Below the pieces are notes generated by a model. The model was given only the letters and a program-made list of their open reading frames with translations. It did not search any database and had not been told where the DNA came from. Below are positions 19,501-29,466 of a stretch of DNA of 64,000 nucleotides, in pieces; the stretch's first letter is position 1; every line of letters begins with the position of its first letter. This stretch comes from Pseudomonadota bacterium (GTDB taxonomy: Bacteria > Bdellovibrionota_C > UBA2361 > OMII01): assembly GCA_038134595.1 (NCBI GenBank), contig JAYPVM010000007.1, forward strand, positions 1-64,000, in the 5' to 3' direction. The translations under genes and the position numbers were made by a program.

Positions 19501-21268
19501 CCCACGATCCCAATGGAGTGATTATGATCAGAGCGCCATATCTGATGGGGGTGGTGTATTTGACAGAAATGCCAAGGAAGTCGAGTTGACTCCTTCAATG
19601 CGAGAAGCGCTCGCCATCGATCCATCGATAACGTCTCCAGTCACCGGTGAGCAACTTATATCAATACTACTTCGATCGCCCGTTACCTTACTCTGGAACG
19701 GCGGCATTGGCACCTATGTGAAATCACGGCTTGAATCAAACGCGGAAGTCAATGATGGAGCCAATGATGGTGTGAGAGTGAATGCTGATGAATTGCGTTG
19801 TGCAATTGTCGGGGAAGGTGGCAATCTAGGCTTCACACAATTGGCACGAGTAGACTGTGCTCGACGAGGAATTCGAATCAACACGGATGCAATCGACAAC
19901 TCGGGAGGAGTCGATCTATCCGACTACGAGGTAAATCTAAAGTTACTCTTTCAACCTCTCGTTAAAAACGAGACAATACAGCAAACAAAACGAAACGAAA
20001 TACTATCTCACATAGCAGATGAGGTAGTTTCTCAGGTATTAGGTCACAATCAAAGCCAAAGTCTCTTGCTCTCGATGTCGGAACTGTGTTCGCCATCGAC
20101 AGTTGAGCAATTTCGGCAACTGATTCGCATGCTCGACGGACTCGGCATTGTCGATCGCCTCCAAGACACCTTACCAGATGAACAGGAGCTCGAAAGCAGA
20201 ATACTTCAGAAACAGGGCATGCTACGACCAGAGCTTGCACTGTGCAGCGCTGGGGTAAAGATGTGGTTAAAATCATCGCTCTTAGCGGCTTCGCCCGCCT
20301 ACGGTGAGGATTGGAATATCTTTCTCGCCGCCTATTTCCCAAGTTTTATCCAAGAACAGTATGCAGATGAAATAACGCGTCATCCTCTCCGCAACGAGAT
20401 CATTACAAATCAAATCGTAGATTCGGTCACCATATCTACCGGCATCTCGTTCATCCCGACTCTCTTTCAGCAGGCCAATCACGACCTTGATCATATAATA
20501 AAGTGCTGTCTCGCGGCGAATCGAATCCTTGGCTTCACAACTCTTCGAGAGCATATACACACCATCGATACATATGATTCTTTCTCCCTCTTTAGCAGTA
20601 CGTGGAAGGAGCTAACGGATGCAGTTCGTCAAGCAACCCGGTGGTTGATTACAACACATCCGAGCCAAACCTCCCTCTCCGAGCTGGTAACGCTCTATAC
20701 AGCCGATTTCCATATTCTCACTGATTACATTCATCAAATTTTAAGTCCGATCAGCAGAGAGCAGTTTGCAAGAACAAACGAGAAGTACAAAGAATCTGGC
20801 TTGTCGATTCAAGATGCGAAGACGCTTGCAGTATGCCCTATGATCCTTGAGGTATTAGAGATACTCTGGTGCACCCGGCAGTACGGTCAAGATGTACGTA
20901 GCACCATTGATGTCACCGGACAAACCCTTGATGCGCTCATGATTCGACCACTCTTTGAGCTGGAGTTTTCGCTCTCCATTCAAAACAAGTGGGACCAGGA
21001 ACTGGCCGCTACGGCACTTCAACAACTCCGACGTGGAGTATCTCGCATAGTCGGAAAACTACTTACCATCTCACAACTCTACAATCGTTCAACAAGTCGC
21101 ATGCTTTCGCAATTGCGCCTAACAAAAGAACTTACCGAAATTATGGCAGAAATTGGAGAAGATATTGCGGCCAATAAAACTATAACAATATCGATATTGC
21201 CGCTTGTAGCCCAATATATTGACAGAATACACAATTCTCTTGAGGCAGAGGAGCTAGAAGCTGACTAG
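16514..21268 (+). CDS. gdhB: Large NAD-specific glutamate dehydrogenase (about 1600-aa class)
   Basis: ARGGIRWS, VPNGAKGGF, AADKGTATFSD, FASGGSAGYDHK, GIGDMSGDVFGNG, GEGGNLG, NTDAIDNSGGV. Confidence 0.93.
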   Translation: MIMPLRSRLFTEQFVASVLQGLADADLITLRKIDCENASSDNERLTQLLSSLFARAPQRALKTINTTQCVSIVSGCLATLRDHDATPHEVACNIYSEPHWCGLFLAVADRPFLVSSIAECLYEQKISLHAFQHPIVSYRGHLVAVSYIEIASRSRANISDKLPILCDTINALSKVVNDHPSMISCIEEHFSISSNASAPTRWGNNSSEDISDFAAWLTSGTFFFLGTHVWNSQGETTQAYGLLQSNGDYKKSLCSYMLEDLEWQKNIDIYFSIHKLPMRSIVHRRAPVIHIALRKKDPSNSVVSVIGYFTSKAWACEAEDIPLLNRKVEYILQSEHTPPNSHDYKYVREVLDNIPLDDALRLPVEHLRAIGHTALGLFSEEDTRTNVSIDTQRRWALTTLIFAPEKYSAEIQSDIQTIVESHFGAPIHSSEVNLDTSKKRQIRLYISTPLPSPPINLDNVDALEQRVHNATLDWEEKLAEDPETAFDPLQTSFSDPYQAAVSIEEAAHDYQSIALLNTASPLHTTLFSSTEEPTTPTLTCVSLNESVSLTTTIPILENFGLEVLDANSYEVRHNGQDLDIVKFVVQLQDSQPFDITSFNELVCPTLTKILLRKAIDDPLNVLVITTRLTSSQVNVLRCFCALLWQTYKIATKRTMFLALATNPIFAKRFIEAFHTRFDPDKVLTIDERASQASEIENAALGILQNVSNISHDRILRALIDLLRNTVRTSFFQRQETITLKLASQNVQSMPSPRPLYELFVFSSRIEGTHLRSAKVARGGIRWSERLDDYRSEVLGLMKTQRVKNVIIVPNGAKGGFILKRTSQSGAITPKDVELGYREYITALLSVTDNIYNDETIHPANTIIHDEPDPYLVVAADKGTATFSDIANDIAVNNFHFWLGDAFASGGSAGYDHKKYGITAKGAWQCVNRHAKDAGINLEQPFSTVGIGDMSGDVFGNGMLVSKHLVLVGAFNHKHIFVDPNPDPMRAYTERQRLFSLPRSQWSDYDQSAISDGGGVFDRNAKEVELTPSMREALAIDPSITSPVTGEQLISILLRSPVTLLWNGGIGTYVKSRLESNAEVNDGANDGVRVNADELRCAIVGEGGNLGFTQLARVDCARRGIRINTDAIDNSGGVDLSDYEVNLKLLFQPLVKNETIQQTKRNEILSHIADEVVSQVLGHNQSQSLLLSMSELCSPSTVEQFRQLIRMLDGLGIVDRLQDTLPDEQELESRILQKQGMLRPELALCSAGVKMWLKSSLLAASPAYGEDWNIFLAAYFPSFIQEQYADEITRHPLRNEIITNQIVDSVTISTGISFIPTLFQQANHDLDHIIKCCLAANRILGFTTLREHIHTIDTYDSFSLFSSTWKELTDAVRQATRWLITTHPSQTSLSELVTLYTADFHILTDYIHQILSPISREQFARTNEKYKESGLSIQDAKTLAVCPMILEVLEILWCTRQYGQDVRSTIDVTGQTLDALMIRPLFELEFSLSIQNKWDQELAATALQQLRRGVSRIVGKLLTISQLYNRSTSRMLSQLRLTKELTEIMAEIGEDIAANKTITISILPLVAQYIDRIHNSLEAEELEAD

Positions 21269-21287
21269 ATGTCCATGATCCCACGAA

Positions 21288-23930
21288 CTAGTTTGATGTG
21301 CCGGAATGGGCCTTTGCATTTGCTTCATTAATCATCTCTTGCAACTCAAGTGCATGCTCATGGGCTGGTTCAAAAATTAAAATCTTCTCAACTTCTAACT
21401 TGGCTTCACTTACTTTGCCCTGAGCGTACAATAGACCCGCCAACGAATACAGCATATCAATACTTGCAGGATGTAGCCTCAGATACGAAGACAACATCCG
21501 CTCCATCTCATTATACCTCTTGAGTGGGTACCCGGTCTGAAGAACTCCTAGTAATGCCCGTTGATTTTCAGGATTCTTCTCTGCCGCGGTGGTAAACAGC
21601 TCAAATGCTCGCTCTTCATCCCCTGCGACCATCGCACACAAGCCAATTCCTGCATATGCAATATCACAATCCTTATCGACTGTTAGGGCTTGCTCGAAGT
21701 ACTTGCTTGCTGTCTCCCAACCTTGCGACTCTGCCGCCAATGCTCCCTTTCCACACAGTGCCCGAGTGGTGTTCGCATCCTGCTCAAGTACTGCATCATA
21801 AATCGCTGCTGCTTCATCGAGCTTACCATCTACCACAAGTAACTCCGCACGCAAACATTCCGCGGTTCGATACAACGCAGGATTACTTACTCCAGACGCT
21901 AAGATCTTCTCAAGGGCAGCTTTGGCGCCCTCGAATTCTTTCGCTCTCTTCTGATCCTCAACGGCACTTAAGGCATTCGAGATTGCAATATCATCGTCAC
22001 CATTTTTCAGATCCACTACTCCGCTCTCAGCCGTCGGCTTCTGAGCACCTCCAACAGTCCACGAGGCCATGCTCTTGGAAAGCTCTCGGAGAGACTCATG
22101 CACATCCGATGAAGTGTAACTAATCATTGTATCACTACTATTATCTGTTGCAGAAGTAGAGTCACAACCGTCGATGCCTTGAACAGCAGACTCGACAAGA
22201 CTTCGAAGCTCTTTCGCTCCATCGTAGTCGGGTGCTTCTTTATCAATACAATCAAGCTCTTTCATCGCATCTGCGAACTGGCCAGTTTGGTACAAACAAC
22301 CCGCCAAACAAAAGCGAATATTTGTATCTTCGGGGTGCACAGATAAAAAGCGACGAACGCTATCTAATGCCGTTCCGTACTGCCCAAGCGCATAGGCGCA
22401 CTCAAGTAACTGATGAAGTGCTACGACATAGTCTGGCTTAAGACGCAATGCACGCTCAAAGAAGTTTACAGCGGATGCGTATTGCTTCTGAACTAGATCA
22501 CACATGCCCCGTCCCGTTAATAGCTTTGGATCGTGTGCCTCAACACTCAGCGCCCTATCGAAATACGAGATGGCGGTGATTGGGTCCATTTGCGCCAGGA
22601 AAACTGCGCCTCGGGCTTTGAGGACACCTGTTGCATTCGGTGACAGCTCTTCGGCCTGCGTCAGGAGCTCAGTCGCCCGTTCGAAATCAGCGCTCTTCGC
22701 AGCGGCCTCCCCCTGTTCAAGCAACTCTTGAAATCGATTCATATCCTTATCCATACTCTGGACCTCTTCTAATGCCAAACAATCTTCCCCGTGAGTAACA
22801 TCATCAGGGCTTGTCTCTACACGTTCACCGCAACTAACTACGTCTCTATAAATCTTATCCAAACAATCAACCGCGGAATCCCACGTATATTGTGTGGCTT
22901 GCTCCACAAGCCCTTCTTGTACCGGCGCATGGTAGGCCGCGTATACAGCTGACTTAATTGAATCGGCATCCCACGGTAAGCAATAAAATCCCGCATCTCC
23001 GATGTAATCATGGGTAGTACCCGTACGAGTAACAACGACATTTTTCCCCCGCGCAGCCGCCTCCAAGGTTACAAGGCCAGGGAGTTCAAACCAGCTTGGC
23101 AATGCATGTATTCTGCAAGCCGCATAAGCACTCGCTAACATTTCGTCCTCAAGCCGTCCCAAAATCAAGGTCTGTCCCTTTCGTCTGAAGGCTCTAACCG
23201 CTTGGTCATACTCGGGCTGATATGAGAATCCTCCGCCCACAAGCACCACAGGACAATCAACATCCTCAAGCGCCTTGAGCAACATCAACTGATTCTTCCG
23301 TGATTCAATGCGTCCAACACAGAGGATAAAATCCTTTATCCCAAAAGCCGTGGTAAATAATTCTGGCGATACGTTCTGAATTGGATCGATCCCAACTGGC
23401 ACAACACGAATCGGTCCAGCATAGGGAAAATCCCTTCGAATTGCACTTCCCTCAGATGAGCCATTGGGCAAGATTGCACTTGCGTGGCGTGCTAGGTCTT
23501 GCACCTCAAACTTAGGAGCATTCGGCACTGCAGATAACTCTCGGTAGCTAATCGAAAATGAACCAGGTTGCTGACCAGCGCTTACGTAATCGACGAGGCG
23601 TCCAGCTACGTAATGAGACTGTGCATGAAATTCTGCCGTCTCCTCATAGAGCGACGTTACAACATACGGAGTATTACAACGTCTTGCCTCATTGGCCTGA
23701 TGCAGAGTCAGTTGGGGTGTGGCAAAATTAAATATGTGAAGGATATCGAAATCACTAGGCGAACATGCCCCATCTACGTCGATCTGCACCTCATAGCCTC
23801 GTTGCGTGAGCCCCTCGGCAAACCGTTCCAAGACGACAGTATCTCCGCCTCGTTGAACAAAAACATTTGGCCGGCTCTGCAATAAAACCCGTGGAACATT
23901 ACCTGATCGACGTAATTCTGACTTACTCAC
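21288..23930 (-). CDS. GT4-family glycosyltransferase fused to two TPR blocks
   Basis: GGDTV, VGRIESRKNQ, PSWFELPGLVTLEAAA (E-x7-E), followed by TPR-like helical repeats. Confidence 0.85.
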   Translation of the reverse strand: MSKSELRRSGNVPRVLLQSRPNVFVQRGGDTVVLERFAEGLTQRGYEVQIDVDGACSPSDFDILHIFNFATPQLTLHQANEARRCNTPYVVTSLYEETAEFHAQSHYVAGRLVDYVSAGQQPGSFSISYRELSAVPNAPKFEVQDLARHASAILPNGSSEGSAIRRDFPYAGPIRVVPVGIDPIQNVSPELFTTAFGIKDFILCVGRIESRKNQLMLLKALEDVDCPVVLVGGGFSYQPEYDQAVRAFRRKGQTLILGRLEDEMLASAYAACRIHALPSWFELPGLVTLEAAARGKNVVVTRTGTTHDYIGDAGFYCLPWDADSIKSAVYAAYHAPVQEGLVEQATQYTWDSAVDCLDKIYRDVVSCGERVETSPDDVTHGEDCLALEEVQSMDKDMNRFQELLEQGEAAAKSADFERATELLTQAEELSPNATGVLKARGAVFLAQMDPITAISYFDRALSVEAHDPKLLTGRGMCDLVQKQYASAVNFFERALRLKPDYVVALHQLLECAYALGQYGTALDSVRRFLSVHPEDTNIRFCLAGCLYQTGQFADAMKELDCIDKEAPDYDGAKELRSLVESAVQGIDGCDSTSATDNSSDTMISYTSSDVHESLRELSKSMASWTVGGAQKPTAESGVVDLKNGDDDIAISNALSAVEDQKRAKEFEGAKAALEKILASGVSNPALYRTAECLRAELLVVDGKLDEAAAIYDAVLEQDANTTRALCGKGALAAESQGWETASKYFEQALTVDKDCDIAYAGIGLCAMVAGDEERAFELFTTAAEKNPENQRALLGVLQTGYPLKRYNEMERMLSSYLRLHPASIDMLYSLAGLLYAQGKVSEAKLEVEKILIFEPAHEHALELQEMINEANAKAHSGTSN

Positions 23931-24148
23931 AATGCATCCCTTCCTCTTTATCCAGGCTTCACATCCTTTTTTTTTGAAGCCGATTCCCTCACCTCAAGGT
24001 AAGGGTTAGAGATTTAGATGCAGGGATTTCTATAAGGTTCCGAAAATCTTTGTCTGGAAGGCAAAAAGCCCCAAAAACAAACGAAACCTGCCTTTCTGGT
24101 CGTATTATTAGGTAGTTACAGCTTTCAAACTTCGGGCTAATTAGGTAT

Positions 24149-24757
24149 CTAGCAAGCAGCAACAGTAGTCACTTGTCTAGCTGCACGTCGACAGACGTCT
24201 TCAAGCTTATCGAGCTGTGGCTCTAGGTCCTTCTCAAGGCTTTCGCTTAGTGCCCACCAAGATTGATAGAGTTGTTGTTCACAAATCTTTTGACATGTCT
24301 CAGAAATTTCAATTACGTGCGTTGAAATGTCGAGTTTATCGCGCTTCGGTTCTGAAGCTATTTGGACGAGTGTCCCATACCAGTCAAAGAAAGCCCGTAA
24401 GGTGTCACACGCAACCTTTAAACGCTGATTTCCCTGATTGTTATCTCCATCTTGAAACTCTTTTCTTGCGTCTCGGAACTCAAAAAAGCACGTCCGAATA
24501 ACGCCCGGGGCGCTTTGCAATCGATCGACTACGTATTCGTCAGGATTACCGGTATAAAACTGCAGCTGCTCCCCTTGAAACTCACCAAGGGTCATGCTCC
24601 ATTCAGCTTCTTCTAGTTCGCGACCATCGACAGTTATGGCAGTAATCATATGATCAGGGTCTATTTGAGATTTGACAAGCTCAACGAGACTAACGAATCG
24701 AAATGCGCTCTCACATTCTAGGTCTGCATCTACGTCGTTTATGAATACTTTAATCAT
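24149..24757 (-). CDS. Conserved hypothetical protein of the fliS-glycosyltransferase locus
   Basis: ATG 24757 behind GAGGAGG. Small beta-rich N-terminus and helical C-terminus. No recognised catalytic motif. Confidence 0.7.
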   Translation of the reverse strand: MIKVFINDVDADLECESAFRFVSLVELVKSQIDPDHMITAITVDGRELEEAEWSMTLGEFQGEQLQFYTGNPDEYVVDRLQSAPGVIRTCFFEFRDARKEFQDGDNNQGNQRLKVACDTLRAFFDWYGTLVQIASEPKRDKLDISTHVIEISETCQKICEQQLYQSWWALSESLEKDLEPQLDKLEDVCRRAARQVTTVAAC

Positions 24758-24822
24758 ACCCTCCTCACAGAATGACACTGCTTGTTTATATCTTGCTTAA
24801 AAGCCCTTTTTCCGGAGACCAT

Positions 24823-26484
24823 CTACTGAATAGTCGAATAGTAAACTCCCAACTTTTTACATCGCCGGGCAAGGTCGCCGTACACTTCCTTCATTTGAGA
24901 TGCTAAATTGAGGGCATCGGAACCTTTTAAATTTTCTTTTGCAAACACAAACATCTTCGTTAGCGCACCTAAAGGACTGTGATGAAAGCCCAACTCTTCA
25001 ATTTCACGATCTAAAGTTGCCAATCCATCGTTAATCTCTCGAAGTTTCGCTGCGGGAACTTGTTTGTCGAAAATAGCACTCCGCAGGTCTTCTATGAGCC
25101 GGAGCCCATTTTCCGCACAATCCAAGACATCAACCAGGCCTTCGATACCGTCATCGAGCACCGTCAATTTTGAAGTTGTTTTTTGCTCAATCACTGGAGC
25201 ATCTTCCACTTCAAATCCTCCAAGATCATCTAACCAGAGCTTCCGATATGCTTCACGATACCGAAGCAACTGATCGCTCTTATCGACATTAAGCGGTTTA
25301 AGATTGCAAAATCCATGGCTATCAAAATAGGAATTATAAACAAGTACCTCATCGGGATTTGCTCGCTCCCGATCCACATACTCGACAATACCCCTTGTTC
25401 GCTCAATGGCTAACTCTGCCACAAGCCGTGGCGCTATTAGATCGTGACAATCCGGCCTACTACATGCCTTATTTGGATTACACGGACCACATCCTATAAC
25501 AGGTTGCAATACTATGTTTCCATTGCCATATGGCCCCGTCTCAAATCCATACGCCGAAGCCAAAAACATACTTATTACTGGCGTACCTGTTGCAACCGCG
25601 ATATGCATCGGTCCCGTATCTCCAGTAACAAGCACTTCGGCACGGTGCAGCAAGGCGGTAAGTTGCGGAATTGAAGTCTTACCTACAACTGAAATCACAT
25701 TGTTTGACTGGCACTGCTCAACAATTGGTTCAACGATAGCTCTCTCCGATGGCGCTCCGGTTAAAATAACTCGGGCATCGTGCTCTTCAACCAGAATCTT
25801 AATCATCTCGACAAAACGACTCGGAGACCATTGTCGCTTTGCTTGACTAGCTCCGGCCTGCACCGCTATGAGCGGTCCAGAATTAGAAAATGCTGCCTCT
25901 GCTAGCAGAGAGTCCGCGTATGCAAGAGCCTCCGGCTCCACGTGAACTAGAAGATGCTCCGGATGCTGTTCAACGTCTGCAGAACATCGAAAGATATCAA
26001 CAAGATTAAGAGAATTGTACAGTCGATTGTGATAATGAACTGATGTGGCAAACAACCTCGCCCACTCCGATTCAATAACTCGGTATCCTTCAGCATCAGC
26101 AGTCCATCCGCCAGCGCGAGGGATCTTGAGCATGTTGAGCAACAATGCCGTATAAGCAGATGACGACATGTTAAGACAATAATCAAATTCTTCTGCCTTG
26201 AGCTCCTCCACTAGCTTTGAAATATACTCGTATGCTTCAATCACTCCCGTTCCCTCGGCCGCGAGCGCCCGACATGTAAATGTCAAATCGATACTAATAA
26301 CTCGATCTACGTTGGGTATTATGTGGCATATCGACTCAAACTGCTTCTCAACAAGGACTGTGATGTGACAGTCTGGGTTCTCCATCTTGATACCAGCTAT
26401 CGTTGGAGTAGACTGCAACATGTCACCTAACCTCGTAATGTTTACGAGGAGCACTTTCTGTTTCTTAGGAAATCGCTTCTTCAT
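24823..26484 (-). CDS. GT9-family (heptosyltransferase-like) glycosyltransferase with a helical C-terminal extension
   Basis: TRLGDMLQSTP, QAGASQAKRQW, GKTSIPQL, VTGDTGPMHIAVA, C-x2-C-x5-C-x4-C motif. Confidence 0.85.
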   Translation of the reverse strand: MKKRFPKKQKVLLVNITRLGDMLQSTPTIAGIKMENPDCHITVLVEKQFESICHIIPNVDRVISIDLTFTCRALAAEGTGVIEAYEYISKLVEELKAEEFDYCLNMSSSAYTALLLNMLKIPRAGGWTADAEGYRVIESEWARLFATSVHYHNRLYNSLNLVDIFRCSADVEQHPEHLLVHVEPEALAYADSLLAEAAFSNSGPLIAVQAGASQAKRQWSPSRFVEMIKILVEEHDARVILTGAPSERAIVEPIVEQCQSNNVISVVGKTSIPQLTALLHRAEVLVTGDTGPMHIAVATGTPVISMFLASAYGFETGPYGNGNIVLQPVIGCGPCNPNKACSRPDCHDLIAPRLVAELAIERTRGIVEYVDRERANPDEVLVYNSYFDSHGFCNLKPLNVDKSDQLLRYREAYRKLWLDDLGGFEVEDAPVIEQKTTSKLTVLDDGIEGLVDVLDCAENGLRLIEDLRSAIFDKQVPAAKLREINDGLATLDREIEELGFHHSPLGALTKMFVFAKENLKGSDALNLASQMKEVYGDLARRCKKLGVYYSTIQ

Positions 26485-29282
26485 CCGTTCTTAACTCCTG
26501 CCCCACCCTTGTCCATTCGCAATATCTGTTTTTTTACATGATGGAGAAATAAAAGCTTTTGCTCAGCTTCTGTAAGACTGCCATGTCCAGTCACTATCTC
26601 AGACACAATACCATCTAAAACGGGATCCGCGCCTCGCGCACTTGCTCTCTCACACTGTCGTTGCAACTCCGGATCGAAACTGGCTTTTTCGATCATCTGA
26701 GACCACGGATTGGTCCCCTGCCTATCTTGAAGTCGTTTATACGAGCCGGCATAAATATACTCAAGCATCTGCTCGACTCGTTTCTCGTAGGTATGGTCTC
26801 GTAGTGCTCTGGTACGCGCTTTTTCTGCTATCGCCATCCGCTCACTAGGCCTTTCTCGATAATACTCTATCTTCTGGCGCAAGTCCTCCACAGACGAAAA
26901 CGTGACGATCTCCTCACCTGGAATGAAACATTCTGCCAGTAGACTGCGTTCATCTACGAGTTGAAACGCACCTGCTGAAGCAAGTTCAAATGTCCGTGGA
27001 TTAACAAAATCACCCGTTGGGTCGACGCCATCGCGTTCGGTACTTGAGTGAAGATTGATATTAACATCAGTAGCATTAAAAATTTTGTTATACTCTTCTG
27101 GCTTTAAACGTCTTCCCGATTCCTGAACAAGCTTGTCAAACGGACGGGCAGTGGGCCACTCGGTGCCCCATATCTTTAATGGATAATGGGAAAGACTTGC
27201 AAACGTTTGCTGGCGATTGTAATACCCTGCGCCAACAAACGATAACGGAGAGCCCCACCGCTCTTTCTCAGCATCTGTCAATTCAACTGGAGCATGCACC
27301 AGTGGGTTGCAGGCAGTCGGCAAATAGTGCACTCGACCAGCTCCAGCTTTCCTAATTTCCTCGATACATACTCCCTTCTGTATCGTAAACACGTAGTCAA
27401 AAAATTGGGCAGTTTCTTTCCAATAGGTAAACCGAAGATAATCCTCAACAAACCAAAGTACGGTGATGACCCCTCGCTTACGAAACTCCATTAACACCTT
27501 TGGTGATATCGGAGCCTGCGCCATGCAAATCAGGATATCGATGGGACGCTCGGTCAAACTTTCCAATAAGAACGTAGAAAGTGTTTCAATGTACATCTGA
27601 CGAGCCGCTTTTTGCTTGAATTCGTCCCGTATTAAGGATGAAACTAACATATAGGGATCATTAAATCCGCTCATATCAATCCCTCGAACGTTCTGTCCTA
27701 AAGCTTGTAGAGCATGTGTAGTGTATTCTCCGATAGAGAGAGTACCCCCCTGAAGCGGGCCGAGCACCGCGATGCGAGGATGAAGAGATTGTGTTCCTCG
27801 CGTTGCATAGAAGTGCCGTTGGATATCTTCTGCTTTCTCGGCCGATACAATGATCGCTTGTGGACGAACTATCAATTGCGCATCGTTACAATCCAATTCC
27901 AGTGCTTGCTCCTCATACAATACAAGGGATTCAAGACGTGGAATGACAGTGCGAAGATCTCGTGCACAAAAGGCAGCATAAAGAACCTCTATATCCGGTT
28001 CGATACACGAAACCCTTTTTGATGAATCGGCAAGTAGCGCCTCTATATGATATCCAGCACCGAAGCCCACAACTATTATCCTAGAGGACTTTTGGACGGC
28101 TTCCTCAGAGTAGGTCCGTTTCACCCACGCTTCTGCGGCTCTGATCGGCTTTTGCGGGTGATCCAAACACGTCTTTCCACTCCACAAAACAGGACCATCC
28201 TCACTTCCGGATATTCGTATGGCTCTTTTACTATCCGCAGAACGGAACGAAACGAGCTGGCTGTATACTGCGGGGCAAACATCACGAAGACATGCCATGT
28301 TTTGCTCAAATACATCTGTACTCATCACGGGCGATTCACGCTTATCGGAAAGCCCCTCTAATCGTTGCATGATATCACTCACATCTACTGTCGTGGTTTT
28401 ACAATTCTGAATAACGTACTCGAGGGCGCGTCGAGCCCGGTCAAAGTCTCCATCGCTATGCAAACGATCGGCATAATGCGTTGCTAACCACGCCTCGAAA
28501 TCAGCACAGGGCGCCATAGCATCATAGAGTTCAGGGGTATCCGGAAGAAGTGCGGCAGCTATAGCCTCTATCGAGCCTTTCGGAGATTCACTTAGCCGAC
28601 ATGTCATCACGACCGGCTCAATGCCTAACTCACTCAAACAGTCACTGAGAGGCATTGTAATCGGCTCAAAAACCTCTACCTGCAGACCTGCTAGAGCACA
28701 TGCGCTCTCCAAAGCACTCATTGTGTAAGCACGCATCCGGAGTGTGTCAAATTCATTCGGAGGTGCTTGCTCGCCTAGAAATACTTGCAGCTGTACAAGT
28801 CCCTCAGGAACTACGACTCGTTGAATCTCTGATAGGTACGATGCAAACACACGGGTTGGCATATGGGGCATGGAAGCAAAGCTCCACACGTAATCAATAG
28901 AATTATCAGCTACATTTTCCAACGTAAAACCACTAGAGGTCTCAACTGATATTCCAGAGGCGCTATCGAGGAGCGTTCTAGCTTTCTGGATCGCTTCCTC
29001 AGATATATCGACTCCTAACACACTTTGAAATACGCGCTTTGCGGCGGGCAACATACGGCCAACGCCACAACCCACCTCTAGGGCCACACCCCTCTTTGTC
29101 TGTTGGGCGATATTTTTAAACACGGCAAAATCGCGCTCGCCTTCATCGAGCAACTCAGCATTCTTGGTCAGCGTGTTGGTCACCCATAGCCGATAATCGT
29201 ATCGAACGCGCCTATTCCAATCTTCTCGCATCCGCTCTGAAAGCGTGGTAAACACCGCTAAGCTAAAATCTTTCTCTGACAC
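26481..29282 (-). CDS. Fusion of a class I SAM methyltransferase, a Rossmann-like (Maf N-terminal-like) domain and a CgeB-type glycosyltransferase
   Basis: LEVGCGVGRM...GVDIS (SAM motif I), VVGFGAGYHI, WFVED, FVGAGYYNR, NPRTFELA. GTG start; stop overlaps the GT9 start. Confidence 0.8.
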   Translation of the reverse strand: MSEKDFSLAVFTTLSERMREDWNRRVRYDYRLWVTNTLTKNAELLDEGERDFAVFKNIAQQTKRGVALEVGCGVGRMLPAAKRVFQSVLGVDISEEAIQKARTLLDSASGISVETSSGFTLENVADNSIDYVWSFASMPHMPTRVFASYLSEIQRVVVPEGLVQLQVFLGEQAPPNEFDTLRMRAYTMSALESACALAGLQVEVFEPITMPLSDCLSELGIEPVVMTCRLSESPKGSIEAIAAALLPDTPELYDAMAPCADFEAWLATHYADRLHSDGDFDRARRALEYVIQNCKTTTVDVSDIMQRLEGLSDKRESPVMSTDVFEQNMACLRDVCPAVYSQLVSFRSADSKRAIRISGSEDGPVLWSGKTCLDHPQKPIRAAEAWVKRTYSEEAVQKSSRIIVVGFGAGYHIEALLADSSKRVSCIEPDIEVLYAAFCARDLRTVIPRLESLVLYEEQALELDCNDAQLIVRPQAIIVSAEKAEDIQRHFYATRGTQSLHPRIAVLGPLQGGTLSIGEYTTHALQALGQNVRGIDMSGFNDPYMLVSSLIRDEFKQKAARQMYIETLSTFLLESLTERPIDILICMAQAPISPKVLMEFRKRGVITVLWFVEDYLRFTYWKETAQFFDYVFTIQKGVCIEEIRKAGAGRVHYLPTACNPLVHAPVELTDAEKERWGSPLSFVGAGYYNRQQTFASLSHYPLKIWGTEWPTARPFDKLVQESGRRLKPEEYNKIFNATDVNINLHSSTERDGVDPTGDFVNPRTFELASAGAFQLVDERSLLAECFIPGEEIVTFSSVEDLRQKIEYYRERPSERMAIAEKARTRALRDHTYEKRVEQMLEYIYAGSYKRLQDRQGTNPWSQMIEKASFDPELQRQCERASARGADPVLDGIVSEIVTGHGSLTEAEQKLLFLHHVKKQILRMDKGGAGVKNG

Positions 29283-29466
29283 AACGCACCGTTATCACTA
29301 TAGATATGCTGGTTTCTTACTCTCATAGAAAATCGAAGCACAAACGCACCAATACCCTTTGAGGGCATCCTCCCCTTGGATTAAAGATGCAAAGACTAGC
29401 TTTGAAGTAGCAGAAATTGACTAACCACTTGAAGTGATTTGCAGAACATCTATGTTCCAGATTCGT

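Noticed and set aside
22740..22775. Internal start (AGAGG...ATG, MDKDMNRF) giving a TPR-only isoform of the GT4-TPR protein
   Set aside because: A suggestive position at the domain boundary, but such RBS-like matches arise by chance in Glu codons. No support without ribosome profiling.
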